IMG/VR virus record: IMGVR_UViG_3300034092_003926
Coordinates: 1 to 59,912 of that record
Reading direction: 5' to 3' (one strand)
Origin: a virus
Taxonomy: Duplodnaviria > Caudoviricetes
Length of the DNA stretch: 59,912 bases
Shown one piece after another: positions 17,306 through 27,823 of this stretch. Each line of letters begins with the position of its first letter. Position 1 is the stretch's first letter. The notes beneath the pieces were generated by a model. The model was given only the letters and a program-made list of their open reading frames with translations. It did not search any database and was not told the origin of the DNA. Both the position numbers and the translations under genes were made by a program.

Positions 17306-17710
17306 ATTTACTAATTTATGTTTTTTAATTGCTAATTTTAGTAGAGCTTTTGCTGAACGTTTAGCAAATATTATGTTTTGTTCTTTGGATTCTTCTTCCA
17401 TCCATTTAATAATAGTTTGTATATTTTTTTGACACCATTCGGGACCCTTTCTATTTAAAACAGAAAGTTTTGAATTACAAGAACATCCAACATCGTACTT
17501 AATATGTATTTTATCTAAAAGCTCTTTTAAAATATCTCCGACCCCAATAGATATATCTAATTTAGGAATAATAGGATTATTTCTTTTAATCAATTTACTT
17601 GGTATACGACATTTAGCAGAAATTCCATTGTTATTGCTGTATGGTATTTTTCTACCACAATTTTCACAAATCAGTTGTTTATTATTGATATTAATAAATG
17701 AGCATAGCAT
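17294..17710 (-). CDS. Hypothetical Cys-rich protein (paralog of the 15230-15781 C-terminal domain)
   Basis: GVGDILKELL...CSC....LNRKGPEWCQKNIQTIIKWMEEES; N-terminal C...CENC...C. Confidence 0.7.
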   Translation of the reverse strand: MLCSFININNKQLICENCGRKIPYSNNNGISAKCRIPSKLIKRNNPIIPKLDISIGVGDILKELLDKIHIKYDVGCSCNSKLSVLNRKGPEWCQKNIQTIIKWMEEESKEQNIIFAKRSAKALLKLAIKKHKLVNSLI

Positions 17711-17724
17711 TTTTATATTCCTTA

Positions 17725-20700
17725 TTAATCATAAATAGGGGAGATTGTCATTGTAATGTTTTGTCCACCCATTCTATATATTCTGTGTAGACCTTTAAGA
17801 AGCGTATATTCATTGTTACCATTACAGCTATCAGCAGCATTTCCTCTACCTCCATCTATAACAGAATCTGATCCTCCGCAAGGAATTCCATTCTGTCCAC
17901 CCTCTGTTCTGATATCACAACCGTCTATAGCATTAAACCTTCCAGCTTTACCGCCTAAACCAAGTCTATTTAATAATCTCATAGTTTCTGCCCAATCATC
18001 GCCTGTTGTGCCGAATGGTGCGTCAGTGTCTCCATTTCCGCCTTCAATATTTACAATATTAAATGCGTCTCCATAAAATCCTGTAAATCTATTACATAAT
18101 AAATGATCGGCAACAAATTCTTCACATTCTGGCGTACCTGGGGCACTCAAACACTCTAGATATTGATCCCATGATTGTTTAATAGCTTGACATTCACTAC
18201 CATTACAATAAGCTGGCATCAAATCTACACCCTCTGTTAATGCCATATAGTATGTTCTTTTCATAAGATCTACTGGACAATTACCGCTATATATTACCGT
18301 GTTCCAGGATTTTACTTTATCCGACCATTTGATAACATTTCCTCCATTCATAGTCATTGGTGGATTCACATACCTGTTTCCTATCAGGTCTATAAATCCG
18401 ATACCACTGATCACAGGATCATTCGGGTCTGCTACATTAACATCATATTTGCACGGATCAACCAAATGATCTAACTGCATATGTTGAAAATTACTATTAA
18501 TTACCCAATATTTACCATTTAAAAAATAATCCATACCACTATTGGTTATTTTTACATCAACTATACTTCCATAAGCAGGATTTGGAATCAATACTTGTGT
18601 TGGTATGCCATCAATTTCTTTTGTTATATAGCTACTTGGCTTAACATCTACTATTGGCTTTAACTCTAGATGCTTTCCGAGACCAACAGCTCCATCAGGA
18701 CCCTCCCAATAGTTATTAATATTTATACTTATTGGATAGGCTCTATGCTCTCCGGTTTTAATCCATTTATAATATTCTCCACTATTAATAATTTGAGTCT
18801 CTGTTATTTGTCCAGAGATATTTACATTGGTAACTTCTAAAGTTGGATAGGATAAATATCCTACACCATCTCTTATCGCATCTGTATCATTAAATAATAA
18901 TGGTATAGTTTGTCCAATTTCATATCCTATTCCGCTATGAGTGAGTGTATAATCTGATAAAGACCATGTTTCTGATTTTCTCTTTTTATTTTTACGACTA
19001 GATTCTATTGTTATCATCATATCCTGTGGATTGATTATTCCAGTAGGGGCATATCTTTCCTCAACTTCAAAAGCATATCCATTTCCAGGATTAAGAATGG
19101 AGACAGACTTGACCGAACCCCCTAATCCATTAGAAGTTAACCCTTCTCCAAATTGGTAATTTATAAAATCCTGCTCATTTGCAATACCTCCGATTGCATC
19201 ACAATCAGTGTACATGGCCATGTCACATATATTAAATAATACTCTTATTTTTGCAACACCTTCCACCTCAAACATTTTACTGAAAAACATACTTAAATTA
19301 TTATCAACAGGATAATTGTCAGGCTCTGCATCATATAATGCTCTCCAACCAGGAAGACCAGGTCTACCAATACTAGCATATCTGGCCTCCCATATACTTA
19401 AATATTCATCAGCTTTAGCCTTTAACTGATTAATATCAGCATCCTGCGAGCCATAAGCAAAAATAGTAAATACATTTTCTTTATTTTCATTAAGATTACC
19501 ATATGTTGCACATTCTAGTCCATAGGGATCTGCATTGCCGTATATATCAAGCCCTATATTAGTACCAGTCAAAACAATTCTATGAGAATATGCGACAGAA
19601 CCATAACATTTAGTATCAAAAGAACTATTTCCATCAGTTATTAAATTATTAGAGTTTGGACAGCCTGTATCTTGTTCTATTTCTTTTATAGCAATTATAG
19701 CTGATGTATTTTGAAACATACAGAATGGATCACACTTGTCCACCGTTTCTGTTTCATTTTGGCTAATATTAACATCATTACATATTAATTCACCATTTTC
19801 ATCTACATAACATTCTGGTGGTACTTCTTTAAAGTCTTCATTCATAACTTTCTTGCAGTCCATTTCCCACGGATATCCACAAGAATCTCTAAAATTAGTT
19901 CTCCACCCTTGTCTATTATTGCCTAAAACATCTATATAATTATATTCTTTATATTCATTATAGTAACAATCCCATCCAGTAAAAAATCCGAACTCATCAA
20001 AAGCTGGATTGCAGAATTCATCACAGTCATATTCTAAAACATTTGCTTCATAATATTTTCTTAAATTAATTTCGCAATTATTCCTCGGGTCTGGAAAATT
20101 GATATTTGGATTTTTAAGTTGCCATTTTTCTACCGACCCATGATAATATGGAAAATATGATTCAACCAGTCCATCAGAATCAGGCTCTGGCAAATACTCT
20201 GGCATAATATAGTCTTGATTAACTGGAGCAGCTATTGTGATATCTGTTTTTGCTTCTTTTCTTTCAAAAGAAATATCTATAAGACCAATTTTAGGCTCGC
20301 ACCCCGCACTATATCCGAGACCATCATGAGATCTCATTATATATTCGCCTTGATATCTTAAAGAACAATCATATTGTTTTTGCTGGTAAAATCCATAAAC
20401 CCTACAATAATTATCTAATGTTCTGGTGTTTTGTCCTGAGTTTTCTGGCTCAATATTACCATCTCCATCAGCGTATGAAACAAATAATGTATTTGCGTCG
20501 CCAAAATTATCTGATTTCCTACATGGGTTTGGAACAAAATTATAGTCATTAAATCTTGTTTTGATCTCATAGCCCTGAGTAATTTCGTTTCTGTAAATTT
20601 TAACTAATGGACTACATGCTGAAAAAAGCTCTCCATTGAAATTATAACCATATGAAAAATATGTATTATCATATGCTAAATATTCTAAAAAGTTGGGCTC

Positions 20701-23052
20701 TATTCCTAAAAAACATTCAGGTTCTGGTAGCCATGAATAATAATATTTTGCTGCTTTTGCGGGAATTGTTGCATTATTTTCTAATCTAGCTTGTTGACCA
20801 GCCACAGCAAGTCCCGAACAAGAACTTTTACCATAATACCCTGGACTACTTAATTCCCATGATCTTTGATGTGGCCAACAATTACCCGGTACATATATAA
20901 TATCACCAAGATCGCATTCAGAACCTTCAGTAAGTTGTTCGCAAACCGGCTCTCCTTGATAGCAAAATCCACCATCGATAAATTCGGAAGAGTTTAATCC
21001 ATCTTCAGTATTAGGATGATCTTCTGGATAACAAGCAGATGATAAATATCCACAATATTCATCACGAGCACAAGGACAATCTCCTGCTATTGGTGTTCCA
21101 GAAAATTCATACCATAGTATACCACCTTCTGAATTTACTTCGGTAACAACACCAGAAGCAATTACTACTTCTCTGAATATCTCGTCATTGGCTGGATCAA
21201 AATCTCCGTCTAAAGTTTGCCAGAATCTAAATTCTATTTTATCTCCAACTTTGTAATTTTTACCAGCAAGAAATATTGGAAAATTATAATCAGTTTTCCA
21301 AATAGGATCATCAATAAATGGATACATAATACCATAGCCACGAGCCTTTGGTCTATAATATTTTCGACACTGGTCTGGATTGTCCGGGTTGGGATGTTCT
21401 AATGATATTAATTGATCATCGTCCACATCATAAGCAACTGGCCAAGTTTGAAACGCTACTTGTCCACCAACACCACTCTCGCTATGAATAATAGCAATAA
21501 TCTCTGGCTCTATATCAGAACCTAAATCTTGGAATGTTTGATTAATGAATGGTTGAACAGTTACGCCGGGGCGACCCTTTTTATCTTCCTCCTCCCATAT
21601 TGCATCAGAAGCATTTGTAAAGGGCTTAACCCTATCTAAAATTATAGTTTGGTTACTTATATCTCCAGTGTTAACAGCTCCACCAGGATTACGACTTTGG
21701 CGTCTTAAACAAGTGGGTTGTCTTACCTCGGTATTGAATCCAGTATAGAGTCCTTTAGCATTAAATATAAATGGTATATTACTTTGTGCTTCTCTTTTAG
21801 CGCAATCTGTAGGGAAAATAGTATCTAAGTCTCTTGCAGCTTCATAGGGAATGGTTATTTCAATATCACTACAAGATATTGCCGTAATATTATGTGGTAA
21901 ACCAAACAAAGCCATCAATTGATTTGCATTAGAAAGTCCTTCCATACCAGGCATAGGATATGTAAAATATTCATTCGGCATATCACATTCAACTCTGTAT
22001 TTTAAATCTTGATTAGAGCATCTTAACGTACCACATTCGTGACATGCAACTAAAGGAATAGCTTCATTACATTTTGTGCAGCCGCTTGCGCCGCCTATCT
22101 CTGCGTTTTCAGAACCAGTGCAATTTATATAATCGTTTGAATAGCATATCGGCCAAGTTTGACATTCTCTTTTATCTTTTGGTGGTAGGTCACATCTAGG
22201 TCCAAGGTTATCAATACCGTAATTTAATGGAGCCCAAAATTCTGCTGGAGCATTATAAAAATCAATATTTGGTGAATTAAATTCTGGTGTTTCTGTGCAT
22301 TTTTTAACACACTTAAACCAATTACATAAACCAGCATATTTACAAATCTCCCAATTTAAAATTTCTCCCGTTATTGGATCACTCTCACAACCAGGATATT
22401 GTTCATCCCACGCCAGATATTCTTCTTCTGAACACTCACAAGCCTTCCATGCACCATCTACCCAATTATATATCCATTCATTACATGCGCATGAATAGCC
22501 TATGTTTCTATTATTACAACAGGTAACTCCGACCTGTCCTAAATCTTCATCTCCATAAGAAATACAATCAGTAGGAGAAAAACTAGATAATTGTTGTTGA
22601 CAACAAGCTTTTTTAACATGTTTAATTGCACTACGAGATCCTAAAACACCTAAAATACCATTTATTCCAATACTTAATTGTCTAGGAATTTTGCATGGAT
22701 ATTCATCTCCTTGAGACTGTTGCTCGTCTGGCAAAGGATAAAGAACATTTTTGCTCACTCCGGATTTTGGTATTTCACAACAATTATAATCACTAACGCC
22801 ACCAGGAATAGTAGTAACATTAGCATCTATTAAAAAAGATGGTATATTACCTTCGTATATTACATAAGTAAACCATTCATTTAATTCATCGTAGAAAGGA
22901 TAGACCAAATGGCCATTTCCACATAGCCAAAGAGGCAAGCCCGGAGTATTACCCCACAGACCCAGATATCTTAATTTTTTATCTCCACACTGACTACATT
23001 TTTTTATATGCCTATAGTCTTCATGCTTGTATTTGTCTGCTCCTAAAAACAT
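17725..23052 (-). CDS. Large Cys-rich, acidic putative tail-tip/virion protein
   Basis: 1775 aa downstream of the tape measure and tail-tip genes; repeated GS(V/I)..V.I.N.G..Y motifs; many Cys clusters. Confidence 0.6.
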   Translation of the reverse strand: MFLGADKYKHEDYRHIKKCSQCGDKKLRYLGLWGNTPGLPLWLCGNGHLVYPFYDELNEWFTYVIYEGNIPSFLIDANVTTIPGGVSDYNCCEIPKSGVSKNVLYPLPDEQQSQGDEYPCKIPRQLSIGINGILGVLGSRSAIKHVKKACCQQQLSSFSPTDCISYGDEDLGQVGVTCCNNRNIGYSCACNEWIYNWVDGAWKACECSEEEYLAWDEQYPGCESDPITGEILNWEICKYAGLCNWFKCVKKCTETPEFNSPNIDFYNAPAEFWAPLNYGIDNLGPRCDLPPKDKRECQTWPICYSNDYINCTGSENAEIGGASGCTKCNEAIPLVACHECGTLRCSNQDLKYRVECDMPNEYFTYPMPGMEGLSNANQLMALFGLPHNITAISCSDIEITIPYEAARDLDTIFPTDCAKREAQSNIPFIFNAKGLYTGFNTEVRQPTCLRRQSRNPGGAVNTGDISNQTIILDRVKPFTNASDAIWEEEDKKGRPGVTVQPFINQTFQDLGSDIEPEIIAIIHSESGVGGQVAFQTWPVAYDVDDDQLISLEHPNPDNPDQCRKYYRPKARGYGIMYPFIDDPIWKTDYNFPIFLAGKNYKVGDKIEFRFWQTLDGDFDPANDEIFREVVIASGVVTEVNSEGGILWYEFSGTPIAGDCPCARDEYCGYLSSACYPEDHPNTEDGLNSSEFIDGGFCYQGEPVCEQLTEGSECDLGDIIYVPGNCWPHQRSWELSSPGYYGKSSCSGLAVAGQQARLENNATIPAKAAKYYYSWLPEPECFLGIEPNFLEYLAYDNTYFSYGYNFNGELFSACSPLVKIYRNEITQGYEIKTRFNDYNFVPNPCRKSDNFGDANTLFVSYADGDGNIEPENSGQNTRTLDNYCRVYGFYQQKQYDCSLRYQGEYIMRSHDGLGYSAGCEPKIGLIDISFERKEAKTDITIAAPVNQDYIMPEYLPEPDSDGLVESYFPYYHGSVEKWQLKNPNINFPDPRNNCEINLRKYYEANVLEYDCDEFCNPAFDEFGFFTGWDCYYNEYKEYNYIDVLGNNRQGWRTNFRDSCGYPWEMDCKKVMNEDFKEVPPECYVDENGELICNDVNISQNETETVDKCDPFCMFQNTSAIIAIKEIEQDTGCPNSNNLITDGNSSFDTKCYGSVAYSHRIVLTGTNIGLDIYGNADPYGLECATYGNLNENKENVFTIFAYGSQDADINQLKAKADEYLSIWEARYASIGRPGLPGWRALYDAEPDNYPVDNNLSMFFSKMFEVEGVAKIRVLFNICDMAMYTDCDAIGGIANEQDFINYQFGEGLTSNGLGGSVKSVSILNPGNGYAFEVEERYAPTGIINPQDMMITIESSRKNKKRKSETWSLSDYTLTHSGIGYEIGQTIPLLFNDTDAIRDGVGYLSYPTLEVTNVNISGQITETQIINSGEYYKWIKTGEHRAYPISININNYWEGPDGAVGLGKHLELKPIVDVKPSSYITKEIDGIPTQVLIPNPAYGSIVDVKITNSGMDYFLNGKYWVINSNFQHMQLDHLVDPCKYDVNVADPNDPVISGIGFIDLIGNRYVNPPMTMNGGNVIKWSDKVKSWNTVIYSGNCPVDLMKRTYYMALTEGVDLMPAYCNGSECQAIKQSWDQYLECLSAPGTPECEEFVADHLLCNRFTGFYGDAFNIVNIEGGNGDTDAPFGTTGDDWAETMRLLNRLGLGGKAGRFNAIDGCDIRTEGGQNGIPCGGSDSVIDGGRGNAADSCNGNNEYTLLKGLHRIYRMGGQNITMTISPIYD

Positions 23053-23053
23053 T

Positions 23054-26000
23054 TTAACACTCCGCTGCTAAAAGATAATAATTGTCATCGATCTTGGTAA
23101 GCATGCACCATTTTGCCTGATACTCGGCTGCTGCAACATTAGCCAAAATATTTATAGCTTTTACCACTTTAGGAACCATTGTGCCACTTTCATTTGGTTC
23201 CATTACAGGTTGTAAAACCCAAGGACAATAGTCTTTGTTATCATAGTTCTCAACTGCAATATCTGGACAAACTTTTGCTGATTGATATATATATACATCT
23301 TTTACAGCATTCATAGGTTCGGTAACATTATTTAACGAAGGCCACTGATTCATAAATCTACCTATTTTAATAGTAGATCCACCACCTCCGCCAAGTAATA
23401 AATATTTACTACTAAAAGTATCGAAATAAGCATATGCTTTATCTCCTTCGCTAATAGTATTACCAATTCTATCTTCAATCTGTATTTTGGCCTGGCTGAG
23501 TTGATCATTTGCAGCAACTAAATTACCATCAGCATCATAAATTTTTTGACCATATTCATTTCCATCATATTCATTTACAAGAATACCACTACCACTACCA
23601 TAAGGTTCTATATTTTGGGTGGCTTGAGCAACTACAATTTTGTGTTGTGGAGGACTTACCCAAACGCCGCGCTCTCTATCAAATCTTAAATCTACAGGAG
23701 CAACAGGCCACGTTGATGGCTTGTGCAGCCAATCTTGCATAAACTGGTTTTTTAATCCACTACTAGCAAAAATTCCACTATCTTTAATATCGTCCTCAGA
23801 GTCAATAGCATTTGGAATAGGCTTACCCTGAGTATCATAACCCCACGCATGTAAAACTAGTGGACCTTTTAATCCTAAAAATCTATAATCTTCACAGTAC
23901 CTATTATTCCAATCTTGTTGACTATAAAAATTCATAATCATGCCAGTACCAGGAACACCACTATCTCTTCCTACAATATCTATAACGTGTCCTGCTCCGG
24001 CGCCATCATGATGATGAGCTTGATCTTCAAAATTATTTGTTAGAGGATTTAAATATTGTTGATTAATTTTAATATCTATTATTCCTGTTTGGCCACTAAT
24101 GACCACATTAACAGGAGGCATAGGAGATATTGGTGCAGATTTAATTGCGGTAGAGTATCCTGTATATTTTACAGAAAACATTGGCAAGTCACCGTCGCCA
24201 CTAATTGACACCGGACTTAATAAGCCGTCCCAGCTCATAAATGCTTTTTTGTTATAGTCTACTCTCATCTCTAGAGAAGTTTTTTCCAACGTATCTGTAC
24301 CAACTACGGTTCTTTGACCAGATCCTCTTATATTACCACTACCGTTATCTTCTCTAAGAACACTAAAATCATAAATCTCACCAATTACAACTCTTTGAAG
24401 AGTGCCTTTCTCTCTTAATTTATCTTCTGTATTGTCTCCTGCTGAGGATCCTGCTCCTCCTTTTCTTACTAATTTTCTATCTATTTTATTTTCTCTAATA
24501 ATTCTATCTTTAATTATTCTTTGTGCTCGTTGTCTATTTTTTAAAGATTCTTTAAGTTGTTGATTTTGTAGATTTTTTAAAGCTCCAAATCTAGGAGTAT
24601 AAGTTTGAAAATTATAGTTGCTAGTAATACCTCCTCCACCAAAACTAACATTAACATTAGTTAAATTCGGACCATTATCTAAAAATCCTAGACTTAAAAC
24701 TGGCATACCAGGATGAGTAATAGACCCCGTTTCAATTTCTGATAAGCTAACCTGTGCTTCCTTTACCAGTCCTTCTGCTATATTATTCATGATAACTTTA
24801 GATCCATAATTCCATGGAGCTAATTCATTATCTTTTTCGACGCTAATTCCTCCTGCGCTAGTGCCAAAATTAGGACTATACCAAGGACCATAAACAGAAA
24901 TATTACTTCTTAAAGGAATACAAACCGCTGTTGGTACATCAGCAGCAGGACAATATCCTTTATTATTAAGACTAGATAGATCAATAGCGGATCGTGGTAT
25001 TACAGAACCACTTTCTATAGGAATTCCACACAAAGTTGGCGCCGGTTTACTTCTAACTTTGGTTTGTTGACTTTGATCAACATCATTTTCATCAGGAGGC
25101 TCTCTAAGATTACTATTAGCAGCAATAGCTTGAGCATATGCTTCAAATACTGAGTAAAAATCTGCTTCTGACAAATTGCACGATTTCTTTAAGCAGGGGT
25201 CGCTAAACTTGATAATAGCTTTAGTAACCTTAGAACAAGCAACTGGAGGAGATTCCACACCAACCTCAAATGTCGGTTCTCCATTAGAATAACAATTTAT
25301 ATTTTGTTTATCCGTAAGAATATAAATTTTTTCATCAACTTCAGCTTTTAACCAAACACTTAATGGTATATCTCCAGTAGTTGATACTGATTCTACAACC
25401 TTAAACCCGCTAGCGAATATGGGATAGTTGCTACCAGCATCTTTTGGTAGATCGCAAACTCCACCATCTCCACTTGTCCTAATTAATAGATAGTCATCAA
25501 TAGAAAGTTTGCCAATATCTAATTCACCGCAAACCCCCTTAATAACAGTTTCTGCTACAGTTATTTCTGGATCTTCTGTCGGCTTAGTTTGACCGTGTTG
25601 ATCTTCAAAATCAAATATACCGATAGAAGCAGGATTAGTACTTACAGCAGGTTTGGGTGGTGCATTAGGATATAGGGGTTTTTCATCAGGATCGAAAACA
25701 AACCCAGTATTATATCTTATCTTAACATCTCTAGTATCAAATCTTGCAAATGGTTGAACTCTAAAGTCTTCTGCTTTAAAGAATGAAAGTTCTGGTTCGT
25801 ACAAACCAAGAACCGGAACGCAAGGTTCTGCCCAGCCACCAGCATTGGTCGGAATATGACTATATAAACGTTCTCTATATATTTTACCTTCTACTTGAGA
25901 CGGATCTGTTATTTCACCAGAGCATTTTGGAGGTACATAAACTCCGCTATAAGAATCAGCAATTGTTCCAGAACCGATGCCAAAATAATTTTCATCATAT

Positions 26001-27805
26001 AGTCCTGCTGGAATTGTACAAACTCCTGGCGGTAAAGATACTAAATATTGCTTACCGTAATATGTATTACCAATATTTTGAATAAAATCATAAATAGCAT
26101 CCAAGTCTAATGCTCTATTATTTTTTAAACTATTAATATATATTCCATTAGCGCTATGAGCCGCATCCACCATACCCTTTGGACCATTAACTGTAAAATT
26201 ATTCTGACGCGCCAAAGCTTCTAATGAAGCAACGCCAATTCCCCACTGGGCGCATGTTTCTGCAACCTGGGAGGTAATCATATCTTTAAAGTTATAGCCG
26301 ATAACAGTATTAAAATCTATGGTATCTGGATTAATAGTAGGATATTTTGTCTTCATAGCAGCGTTATTTGGGGCATTAACTGCCCCTACACGAGCTTTCC
26401 ACAGTTCACTAGAAGACAATGCTGCTCTAATATCTGCTTCTGAAACTACTACTTTACGTTTTAATACTTTATCATCTAGTGATATGCCTTCAGCGCTATG
26501 AAGATCAGGATCAAAAAGAGGACAATGTAAAATACTATTAAGTTGATTAATTTCTAATACAATTTCAAAACCACACTCTGTTTGCATAACAGGAACTATA
26601 GGATCTCCATTGCTATCTTCTCCAAAATAAAATTGGATTTCGGTAGACTCAATAAGATTATGTTCTTGTTCTCCTAAGAGCATAGTTCTATTTTTGTCTA
26701 TACGAATTTCTTCTCCAAAATTTAACTCTGTAGATCTACCATTAAAACTTAATATAGTTTTTTTAATATCTTCTGGATTAATATCTTCAGCAATGAGTTT
26801 TGTTTGTATTCTAATAATAGGCGGATCACCAGGATCTCCTTCTTCTAGCCAAACAATAAATTCTCTTCCTGTAACTTCACATATTTCTGTTAATAGTTGA
26901 AGAATACTAATTGATGGACCAGAGACTCGATAGTATGGTGGAGGTTCAGGAAATCCGCTCATATCTAATTCAAATACATTAAACTCATGATTAAATTTTC
27001 CAGCAGCAACCAGAACATCTTTTCCTGTCAAAACCGGTCTATATGGTTCACCATAATTTGGTCCATAAAGAAGAGGTTTCATGTCCTTTAGCGCTTGCAA
27101 TACTTTTCTTCCTGTCATACCTCTATCATTTTTGTCTGCTGTTCCAAAAACAGAACAATCAGAATCTTCAAAATCACCAGCTGGAAAAAATTTGGCTCCA
27201 TTTGATGCTCCACTAATTTGTGGAGTAACATCGTCTGTTCTATATGGTTCTTTTGTTAGTCCAGTAGGTACAGGATATGTAGACTTAATTCCTGTTGGTA
27301 ATATATTATATTCATAAAAAGAATAAGCATTAAAATAATTTCTATGTTTAATAGGACCTTGTAAAAAACTATCAACAATAATTACTGCATTATCTAATAT
27401 ACTTCTTGGATCAACTACTTTAGCATTAAAAGTTAATCCAGCAGAACTTTGTTGAGCAGTATAACTCTGTAGTATTCCTCCAAAGTGAAAACATCCGGAG
27501 GATCCTGATGGAGATCCTATAGCGTCACAAGTATCAAAAAATACTGGGCCTCCAAGTTTAGCTGCTCCATAAAAATGATCGCCGTTAGGAAAATGATTAG
27601 GATCTTCGGAATTAGGAATTTTGCAGTCTTCTACGAGTTCTACATTTAAGGTGCTTTCTTGCGTAGGTCCGATACCCAAACTAGCATTAAATGATAATAC
27701 AGTTGCGCCTAAAAATACAACAGGCTTGACCACAATTTCGTCATTTAGTCCCGGCCCAGGTTGGCAACCTGTTAATCTATTTTCTGCATCATTACTTTTA
27801 ACCAT
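23054..27805 (-). CDS. Large putative baseplate hub/central tail protein
   Basis: 1583 aa; position after the tape measure and paired tail-tip genes; FLGATV.SFN.SLG...STL.V.LVED start. Function inferred from synteny only. Confidence 0.55.
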   Translation of the reverse strand: MVKSNDAENRLTGCQPGPGLNDEIVVKPVVFLGATVLSFNASLGIGPTQESTLNVELVEDCKIPNSEDPNHFPNGDHFYGAAKLGGPVFFDTCDAIGSPSGSSGCFHFGGILQSYTAQQSSAGLTFNAKVVDPRSILDNAVIIVDSFLQGPIKHRNYFNAYSFYEYNILPTGIKSTYPVPTGLTKEPYRTDDVTPQISGASNGAKFFPAGDFEDSDCSVFGTADKNDRGMTGRKVLQALKDMKPLLYGPNYGEPYRPVLTGKDVLVAAGKFNHEFNVFELDMSGFPEPPPYYRVSGPSISILQLLTEICEVTGREFIVWLEEGDPGDPPIIRIQTKLIAEDINPEDIKKTILSFNGRSTELNFGEEIRIDKNRTMLLGEQEHNLIESTEIQFYFGEDSNGDPIVPVMQTECGFEIVLEINQLNSILHCPLFDPDLHSAEGISLDDKVLKRKVVVSEADIRAALSSSELWKARVGAVNAPNNAAMKTKYPTINPDTIDFNTVIGYNFKDMITSQVAETCAQWGIGVASLEALARQNNFTVNGPKGMVDAAHSANGIYINSLKNNRALDLDAIYDFIQNIGNTYYGKQYLVSLPPGVCTIPAGLYDENYFGIGSGTIADSYSGVYVPPKCSGEITDPSQVEGKIYRERLYSHIPTNAGGWAEPCVPVLGLYEPELSFFKAEDFRVQPFARFDTRDVKIRYNTGFVFDPDEKPLYPNAPPKPAVSTNPASIGIFDFEDQHGQTKPTEDPEITVAETVIKGVCGELDIGKLSIDDYLLIRTSGDGGVCDLPKDAGSNYPIFASGFKVVESVSTTGDIPLSVWLKAEVDEKIYILTDKQNINCYSNGEPTFEVGVESPPVACSKVTKAIIKFSDPCLKKSCNLSEADFYSVFEAYAQAIAANSNLREPPDENDVDQSQQTKVRSKPAPTLCGIPIESGSVIPRSAIDLSSLNNKGYCPAADVPTAVCIPLRSNISVYGPWYSPNFGTSAGGISVEKDNELAPWNYGSKVIMNNIAEGLVKEAQVSLSEIETGSITHPGMPVLSLGFLDNGPNLTNVNVSFGGGGITSNYNFQTYTPRFGALKNLQNQQLKESLKNRQRAQRIIKDRIIRENKIDRKLVRKGGAGSSAGDNTEDKLREKGTLQRVVIGEIYDFSVLREDNGSGNIRGSGQRTVVGTDTLEKTSLEMRVDYNKKAFMSWDGLLSPVSISGDGDLPMFSVKYTGYSTAIKSAPISPMPPVNVVISGQTGIIDIKINQQYLNPLTNNFEDQAHHHDGAGAGHVIDIVGRDSGVPGTGMIMNFYSQQDWNNRYCEDYRFLGLKGPLVLHAWGYDTQGKPIPNAIDSEDDIKDSGIFASSGLKNQFMQDWLHKPSTWPVAPVDLRFDRERGVWVSPPQHKIVVAQATQNIEPYGSGSGILVNEYDGNEYGQKIYDADGNLVAANDQLSQAKIQIEDRIGNTISEGDKAYAYFDTFSSKYLLLGGGGGSTIKIGRFMNQWPSLNNVTEPMNAVKDVYIYQSAKVCPDIAVENYDNKDYCPWVLQPVMEPNESGTMVPKVVKAINILANVAAAEYQAKWCMLTKIDDNYYLLAAEC

Positions 27806-27823
27806 ATTTAATTTTCCTAATTA

